From Bugula neritina (lineage: Eukaryota > Animalia > Bryozoa): DNA of 64,000 nt. The position numbers and the translations under genes are program-made. Location: the NCBI GenBank assembly GCA_964035545.1, contig OZ037771.1, forward strand, positions 4,041,628-4,105,627, given 5' to 3'. The notes beneath the pieces were generated by a model. That model saw only the letters and a list, made by a program, of their open reading frames with translations, had not been told where the DNA came from and searched no databases. Positions 55,787-64,000 of the stretch are shown here, piece after piece; positions within the stretch are counted from its first letter, which is position 1; each line of letters opens with the position of its first letter.

Positions 55787-58700
55787 ATGCTAAAGCCAGG
55801 CTCACTGCCTCTCAGCTGTGTACTGATATACTTGGTTATAGCTGCTCCATTGACGTTGGCTTATTACTTTTCGTCAGCGTCTCCCAATAACTACTGTGAT
55901 TTGTATCCCAATGGAACAGAAGTGCCGAACTGTCCGGTATGTTTTAGTAATTTCAATAAAATATGTTAATATGGGAATTTTTAAAGTTTAAATTTTTAAG
56001 TTGGCTCAGTTATTAGGCTAAGCATAGTATGCAATGAAAGCCAGTAATTAGTATTATAATAACTCAGGAGCTGAACGAAAACTTCTTCAGCATGAAAACA
56101 AAAATTATTATAAGCCAAAATTAATTAAGCATACAACACTCAAACAGTCTGTATGAGATAGCTTTGATGTACATTAATATTTTAATCCTGCATAAATGAG
56201 GTCTGTTAGGGGTTCTTTAATTAAAATAATCAAAATTGAAGATAAATATAATGTCGTAAGCTGGTGAAAAGATCTTATAATTGAACAAGTTAATATGGCT
56301 GTCTCTACAGTATTTTTACTTTTTTAAAGCTATGCTTTTTATCGTAATTTGTAGAATGGAGTTGCAGTATATGCTGGGAGTCTAGATTCTTCTAAATCAG
56401 TTCTTGCCTTCAATTACAACAGGTACGTACAGTACACACTCGACTAATATTCCATTTATTTTATGAAACCAAAAATTTTATTTTTTGACCCAATATTAAT
56501 CATGTTTTTTTTTAAATTTGTTGTGATTCTTTGCTAGTGATAAGAGAAACAGTAGCAATCTGTTTGGTGGACTCAGTATATGTTTTATAGCTAAAGTGGC
56601 AACTGCAACATGTGTTCTGTAGTATTTGTTAAGTGCTCTGGTGTTGCAGATTTCCATTCTGCTCTGTAGAAGATGGATCAGCTTTGACCAAATATCGAGG
56701 GTTAAGATTTTTTACAGACAAGATTGTAAAGGCACCCATTAATGTTAGTTTGATATTATTCTTAATCTTATCAAGTTAACTCTGTATTCTATTCAAGTTG
56801 ACTTTACTCCTTTAAAATATTATTTTCCATTTAATTATCATTTGCCTTGTGTGCTACTGCGTTGCAGTTGTAAGAAACACTTGTGATTCATATTTATTCC
56901 TCTCTTTATTGACAATACCCGCAAGAAAGTTAATATTGAAACTATATAAGACATATAATGACATTCAGTGATTGAGCTCTCTCACCATGGTCACAAACTC
57001 AAGCTGCTAGCATTTAGCAAGGCTCGTGACTCCTAGGTGACCCCTAGAGTCACTTGAGCTCTCTGGCTTGAGTTTACACACCTTTTGAATATACTTTAGT
57101 AAAAACAAAGTTTCCTCTATTGCCAATGTGTGGGCCATGGTACTCTGTTCTGTGCTGATGAGGGGACAAATCCTGAAACAGCTGCTGTCCACAGATGGAG
57201 TTGTTTAAATGCTCAAGTTCTTGTGATCTTTGTGTTAGCTGTTGTTTTATTATTGCCTCACTGTGTTACATTTCAGCTGGAGTATCGTAAACAAGTAGCG
57301 TGCAATGTCATATGTGAAAAGGAAATGATAATTCCAGGGTCAGATAAGTCTAAGAACACCGATAAGTCTAAGATGGCTGATATAAATACATCTCAACTTT
57401 TGATGAGAGCCATTCAGTTGAACTACCAGCAACACTGGTTAGTAGAATTATAACTCTATACTTAGTATTAGTTATACTTATTACAGTATTTATTTAGTAT
57501 GATATTTTATTAAGTTAATGCAACTACCAGCAATAATGGTTAATAGAGTTGTTAAGAAATAATATTGATATGTGAAAGCTGAAAGTAAAGTGTCATGTGT
57601 ATAAAAAAAAACTTGTGGTAGCGTATCCTAATTTTGTTAGAACATTTTGTTGAAAAGTTGGAACGTTTCATGCTAGAGTCCATCATTCATGACACCAAAG
57701 TGTGTTTTTGTAGGATTGTAGATGATATTCCAGTGCAGTTTTGCTATAAAATCCAGCCTATAATGAATGGACCAATAGTAACTCATTGTGAACGCTCGTT
57801 TCCTATTGGCTGTTATGTAGATGAAAAAGGAGAGCAAAAAGATTTCTGTAACTCAGATGTAAGCAGCTGTAAATTTTACTTTTATGTTATTAGTAAAATA
57901 TTGTATGTGATTAGAAACACGTTCATATGCAAAAAAATTTAAACATACATTTGTTTTTTTTTTAATTTTGTAATTTTTTTCAATCATTTAAGATTTTGAT
58001 TGAAGATCTTCTGCCACTTTACAGTTGTATGCATCATTAGAAAGCCTATGGTTAAACCAACACAATATACAATACACACCAGGTTAAATATGCTTTTTAA
58101 TAGACCCTTTACAGAGGTCCGTAATATCCCCTTTACAATTAAGAGTTGTGTCCTCCCAAAGTGAATAGGTTGAATCTTTGTATAAAGAGCAAGCTCATTA
58201 AAAGTTTAAAGTTCGGCTGCTACTTAACATTTTAATTATGCTATAGAATTGTTATTTAGGAGATAGATATTTTGGTATAAGCACATATATTAGCAGTTCA
58301 AAAAACTTTTTTTAAAATATTTCTTTATGGATAATTTTGACGGAAATAAACTTGAAAGCATTTTTGTGGTTTTGGCTACTGAGCAATGCTGAAGTGGCAC
58401 TCTAGCATTTCTCAGCAACCAAAACCACAAAAATGAGTTCAAGTCTATTTTGCTCCACCAATTTCATTTTGGGAGACCACAACTCTTAACTGTAAGGGGG
58501 ACAATGGGGACCTCTCAAAAAGGTCTATTACATTTATGCCCTTCTATGACATGGACTTTGGTGTTGCACAGCATTCAAATGACAGTCCTCCAACAGTATT
58601 ATAGATACGTCTCTTAGTCAGGCTTTAGTACTCAGAATATGAGGCTAATTGCACACTGTTTATATTCATCTTCTCACGGCTCTTTCTTAGAAGTTTATAT

Positions 58701-61700
58701 TAAGTTTAAATTTATGTGAAACATGACTATATCGTAATTTCAATTGGAGTTTCCTAATAAGTGACCCACCACCTCTTTATATAACTGGCTGGACTGTCTG
58801 TAACAAACAGCATATACCTTTTAGATTGGTCGTTATACAGAAGAGAAAGCTTTCTATCTATTCAATCACTTAGACATTATCATCACTTACCACCCTGCTG
58901 GTGATGAGTCCGAGTGGTTGTCTACCCTTCCTGATGGAGCTAAGGAGAGAAATCCTGGTAGAATAATAGATATCAGAGTCACTGTCAGCAGGTATATATA
59001 TTAGATATATGATATACTTGTTAAATCACCTGTTTCAAAAGTTTCTCCCATAGTAAACTAAAAACTTTTTGATGATAAAAAAAACTTAATTCATAGAAAT
59101 TTGTGAAACACTGGATTTTCTGTGCAAATATATCAATTGAAAAATTGTTTTACCCAGTGTCAACCAGATTATAAATAAAGATCATCCAACATGTGAGATC
59201 ATCCATAATGCCCCTCCTCAGTTCTTCAAGTTGGAAGAAGAATCCAAAGCTAAGACTGTTGCTTACTCTTACTCAACCAACTGGGTGAGTCTTTAATTTC
59301 ATTCAGCTGTTATCAAGTTGCAATTTTACTCATATTTAATAAATCACCTAGTATTTCATCATTTTTATTAATTTAATGCTCATAAAATATGAAAGTTTTA
59401 AGCGTAAAAATTTCAATTCTTCTGTGGTTAAAATTTTTTTAATTTTTTCAAATAAGTTGAATATTTTTCACTGTTCTCAGCTCTGGTTTGCAGGTAAGAT
59501 CCGACGTGCACTGGTCATACAGATGGAATCAAATACTGCAACCTTTCTCTGATGCTAACGTGCTGAGGTTTACTCTGATTAATAACTTAGTGGTTCTAGC
59601 ATTCTGCACTTTGGCGTCTATTGTCGTTGTAAAGAGAATCAACTGTGCCACAAAATGCACTCTGGACAGTCAAGTGAAGGTGGGATAACTCTTAAATATT
59701 GTAAATATCTTTTGTATACACTTGAAGCTAGCTGGAATTCTATCACCAGTTTTTCTGTTTTTGTCAAAGAATTTTTGTTTTGTGTCAATAAATGGCAAAA
59801 CTCAGTTTCAGTTATTTTTGTAATGACTTTATTGAAAATCTTTTTAAAATTTTGATATTTTTTTAAAATTGATAAAGGATTTTCGAAAAAGAATTTCATC
59901 TGACAATTTGACATGAATTTGTAACATCTTGAGTTACTTTTGTTGCCAAAACCTGAAAAGATTAATAGACAGTTCTGTCCCTTCAATTTATTGAAGTAGT
60001 ATAATATAACAATATGCTCCATAATCACCTGACGCTCATATTGATGTGTTTAGAAAGAGTTTGCTTGGCGGAAGAAGTGTGAATGGACGTTGATTCATGG
60101 AAATTTGTTTAAATCTCCTCGCAGGAAGATGCTTGTGTCGCTGTGTGTGGGTCAGGGGTCACAGTTCACATGCGCTGCCGTGCTGACTCTTTGTAAGTCT
60201 GATTGGTCACGTTATGCAGGTTATACATGTGTTTTTACTTTGCCAAGTATCAGAGTTGTCAGTAATTCTGTTGGCAAACACTGATCTCTATCTATATTAT
60301 ACTCACTTCAGAGTATAATATAGCTAGAGATCAGGGTCTTGCTATATTATACATAAGGATGTTAATAAGGTTAATAATAATTAATAATGCTATGTTCATA
60401 TTTGCAATTACCATTAAAAATTCAGCGCTATTATAATACTAAAGTTATAGAAAGGTATACTGTAACATATAGGTAAATAGGAACATATGCTGCTAATAGT
60501 GCAACCTGCTAAATTGTTCCTGTCTTAGACTTTAAAAATGATATGCAAGGTAGGTTTATTAAAAATATCGTTCATTTGGATCCAATTGAGTTGTAGTTTT
60601 TAAATTGATTAAAATTTCAATTTAATGATCTTATTTTGAAGAATAATACTGACTCAGTCTCCCGGTATTTTTACACTAAAAACATATGCTGTATCATGTG
60701 TTTTATGTTCTGTGTATAATATCAATGTGTAGGTGTAGCGAGTTTTGGAGTTCTCTCCCCCGCCAACCCTGGAGCACTTGTATTGTGTTCTGTCATATGT
60801 TACGTGCTGTCGGGATTCATTGCTGGTATTTTATCTACTAAAGTTTACAAGGCATTCGGAGGAATATTCTGGAAAACTAACGCCGCTCTGACATCTTTGT
60901 TAGTTCCGGGGTGAGTTGGTCGACCAATTAGAGTTATGTTAGCATTCACTTCTAGCTTAAAATTAGACAAAGAGATGATATGACCATAAACCACCATAAT
61001 TGATGTTTTTTGTTATTATTTGTTATTATCCAGTCATTCTTGAAAAGTTTATGCAAAGGTAAACAATTTATAAACACTAAACACCTTACCTAAATGCACT
61101 GTTTATATGCGTTTTCCTAATTCGTCAACTTTTTGTTCAAATTTTTTCAATAATGCATTTTATTTACTTTATGTAGGATATATTATGGATGGTATGTAGC
61201 GATGAACCTTATTATTCAGCTACACGGGGGAGACAATTCAACTCCTTTCAGTACTCTGGCTGTCATGCTTGGCCTATGGCTCTGTGTCTCCGTCCCCCTA
61301 ACATTTGCTGGAGCCTATGTCGTCGCTCGGCAACCTGTAAGTTCTCTAGTATTTTGACACTCCACTACACTATGTCTTAATCACACAAATAAAGTCAAGA
61401 TGCGCCATTTATTATTTCTAGTTCACATCGATTACTTCTCGGTGAAATAAAAATGTACAATTTTCATTCATAGCTAAAATTGCCCGGTCAATTCTTTTAA
61501 TATTTTGTACAGTTTTACTCATTAACAGAACTCACCTTGCTTTCTTATGCTTCCCAGTCTCATAGTACTCCAATAATGTTCTTTGAGGCATTCCCAAACA
61601 GGTGGTGACAGGTGCTTGCTTACATTAGCTGTTGGTATATCTACAGAGCCACTACTGGCCGTAAATTTGAGTGTCCAGGCTTAATGCTTTTTTCATTACG

Positions 61701-63421
61701 CCCGGACACCCAAATTATTAAAAAATTAGGAAATCAAGAAAAATTACAAAACAACTTTTCTTGTTCAGTTGTATCTGTTGATATTCTATCATTTTAATGC
61801 AAGAGACCATATACATTAGCTGCTAAACTGTGAAAAATAGCTAAAAGCTAAAGATATTTAGTGTGTATTAAATGAAGTAAAATGACTCATATGTTGTAGA
61901 ATGTGTCACCTTATAAACAAGCTAAAGACAGCCTTGCAGACTCTCAGCCACCTGTTCCTAAGCGTCAGGCTAAAGTCAAGCAACTAATTATGGCACTGGC
62001 AGGAGGTGTCCTTCCTTTAGGTGCAATATTCCTTCACATCTACTTTATCCTCAACAACCTGTGGTAGGTGTCAGTTATTGCGTAGTCTGTTGTCATGTCA
62101 TCTGAGCTGAGAGGGTTGTGAAAATAGTATGAAAACTTCCACATAGGAGCAGACACTAAAAAGATGTTGCAGTCACAAAACTGATTGTTTTATAAAGAAA
62201 ACCTTCTTAGTTGATAAATGTAAAATGTAAATGACTACGACTCTGTATTTAAGTTTCTTTCTGAGCGATTTTAAGGCTGTGTGTTGGATGCAAAGTTTGC
62301 AGTTTTCTTGTGTATTTCTGGGTCATTATAATTGAATGAAAAACGAAGTTTTTATCTCTTCTATAGACACTAAAGTTTTCATGTAGTATTGTTTTACCAG
62401 CGGGAATGATATGAAACCATAATTTTAACCATCTAGCTGTCGAACCATTTGCTGCCATTCAACTTTTACCTTACATTAATGCTCCTTCTACTCCTCATTC
62501 TTTCTTTCCAGCCTTTTATTACATTATTTGTATTATTTATCTATTATTTTATGTGTCCTGCAGGTTTAACCAGGTATACGACGCGTTTGGTCTGCTCCTT
62601 GTTATGGTTCTGATATGTATTGTTCTCGCAATGGAGGAAGCTATTCTATTTGGTCAATTTCAGCTGCGTTTTGGAGTAAGTTGCCTTCTGCAATCTAAAT
62701 GTTTCCTGCATAGCTGTAAACAACACAGTTGTGTGTATCCCTTGTATTCTCGTAAAATATTAGTTCGTGCTGATGTTTGTAGAGAGCTCATTGGTTGATT
62801 ATCTGATGTTTGTAGATAACTAATTGGCATACAAGAGTTTTGGGTACAGGAGGTTTGGCTGCTCTCTATCTCTTTATTTATATCATCCATTTTTTCGTAA
62901 AGAACGTCTCTTTGGTCGACTCCGTATCTAAATTTATCATCTCATCATATACTCTGATGGCCACATTTGCCTACTTCTTAGCAATGGGTGAGTAGCTCTT
63001 ATTATCGTTGGCTCTATGCGGATCGTACCTTAGCATTGTTGATTTATCATAAGTATGATAGTATTTCTCTATAAAGTGTCAAGAATTGTGATAAATTTAG
63101 TTGACCACAACACTCCAAGTGTACTAAATAATTTGTTATGTCTGTACTTGGTATTATTATTAGCTTTTTGAAACCATCTTTAGTCTTGTTCATTTGTCAT
63201 AAGTGTGATATTATTTATACATATTTCACTATAGTTTTCAGAATTATAATAAACTTTAAGTGTACTACGTTGTCCGTTACACTTATACTTGGTATGTTGT
63301 AGCATGCTGGAGTTTTCTCGCCACTTGGCTGTTTTTTAAAAGGATGCATGCTGTCGTCAGCAAAGATTTTATTCACCAACCCTTATCTCTGGAGCAGACA
63401 GAAGTTGAAGGTCAAATATAA
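55787..63421 (+). CDS. Transmembrane 9 superfamily (nonaspanin) protein, divergent TM9SF2-like, 15 coding exons
   Basis: Signal-peptide-like start, then SPNNYC, LNYQQHWIVDDIPVQFCY, FPIGCYVD, FYLFNHLDIIITYH, VAYSYSTNW, HWSYRWNQIL, WTLIHGNLFKSP, LSPANPGAL, WLCVSVPLTFAGAY, GGVLPLGAIF. Exon phases are consistent through to TAA at 63419-63421. Confidence 0.85.
58099..58529. mobile_element. MITE with about 65-bp TIRs (AATAGACC...GGTCTATT) containing a nested palindrome
   Basis: Left aatagaccctttacagaggtcc...acaattaagagttgtgtcctcccaaa pairs with right tttgggagaccacaactcttaactgt...gacctctcaaaaaggtctatt. Inner hairpin at 58344-58450. Confidence 0.8.
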
Positions 63422-64000
63422 TCAAAGTCAGATGTTATTTGTTAATGCATACATGTTTATTTTTTAATATAATATTTAATTTGTTACAGCATTATATGAT
63501 TTTATATGATTCAGGTATACATTTATTTTTACATGATGCAGGTATATAATATCTGTATGCATCTTCCAATTTGTGCTTAGATTGTCTCTACTATTTACTG
63601 TTTATATTACTATTTTAGTTGTAAATTTTATCTACACTTCAAGTTAAAAAATGTGATATGGGAATTGCAGGTCTAACATAGAAATGTAGCATAGTGTAAA
63701 TAATGTTGCTACAACTGTCAAACTATACTGGAGAATATTATTGTTTGCTATACTCATTTATTTATTTTCATAACTAATACAATTTTTATTACATCATCAT
63801 CATAGGGTTTCCTTGCATGATAAATTTGTTGCATTTTTCATTTATGAGATCATTTCTTGTAATATTATTACATGTTCTGGTCAAAACAGGAAATAAGTGA
63901 TGTAATAGTTTTAGCTATTTATTAGTTTAAATAATTATAATTGATATTATTTGACCAAAATTCAACAAATGATAAACAATTGACTAGTTTGTGTAACAGC

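Noticed and set aside
57343-57381. 18-nt in-frame duplication (DKSKNT DKSKMA) in a TM9SF luminal exon
   Set aside because: Real but minor; it is internal to the exon and in a variable loop.

Overview
AT-rich, intron-dense animal (invertebrate-type) genomic DNA. Six multi-exon genes sit as three head-to-head pairs: an unidentified Ser-rich gene (-, runs off the left edge) with Cullin-3 (+); an unidentified 454-aa gene with 18-aa repeats (-) with an ABCC5/MRP5-like transporter (+); and EFHC2 (-) with a divergent TM9SF2-like gene (+). EFHC2 intron 8 carries an intact 4.5-kb Ty3/gypsy LTR retrotransposon with apparently identical LTRs and a CGTGG target-site duplication. Introns also hold tRNA-derived elements, several MITE/foldback families and minisatellites. 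The most unusual signal is a recurring class of tandem duplications whose unit spans or ends at an exon-intron junction. Examples: 45 consecutive 5' splice donors after CUL3 exon 3, 5 donors in the ABCC gene, a decayed donor array in EFHC2, and two duplicated acceptors in the TM9SF gene. A second oddity is long 3/6-nt-periodic cryptic-simple sequence at two of the divergent promoter regions. All exon models were built by eye from GT-AG sites, phase consistency and recalled homology; no database searches were run.
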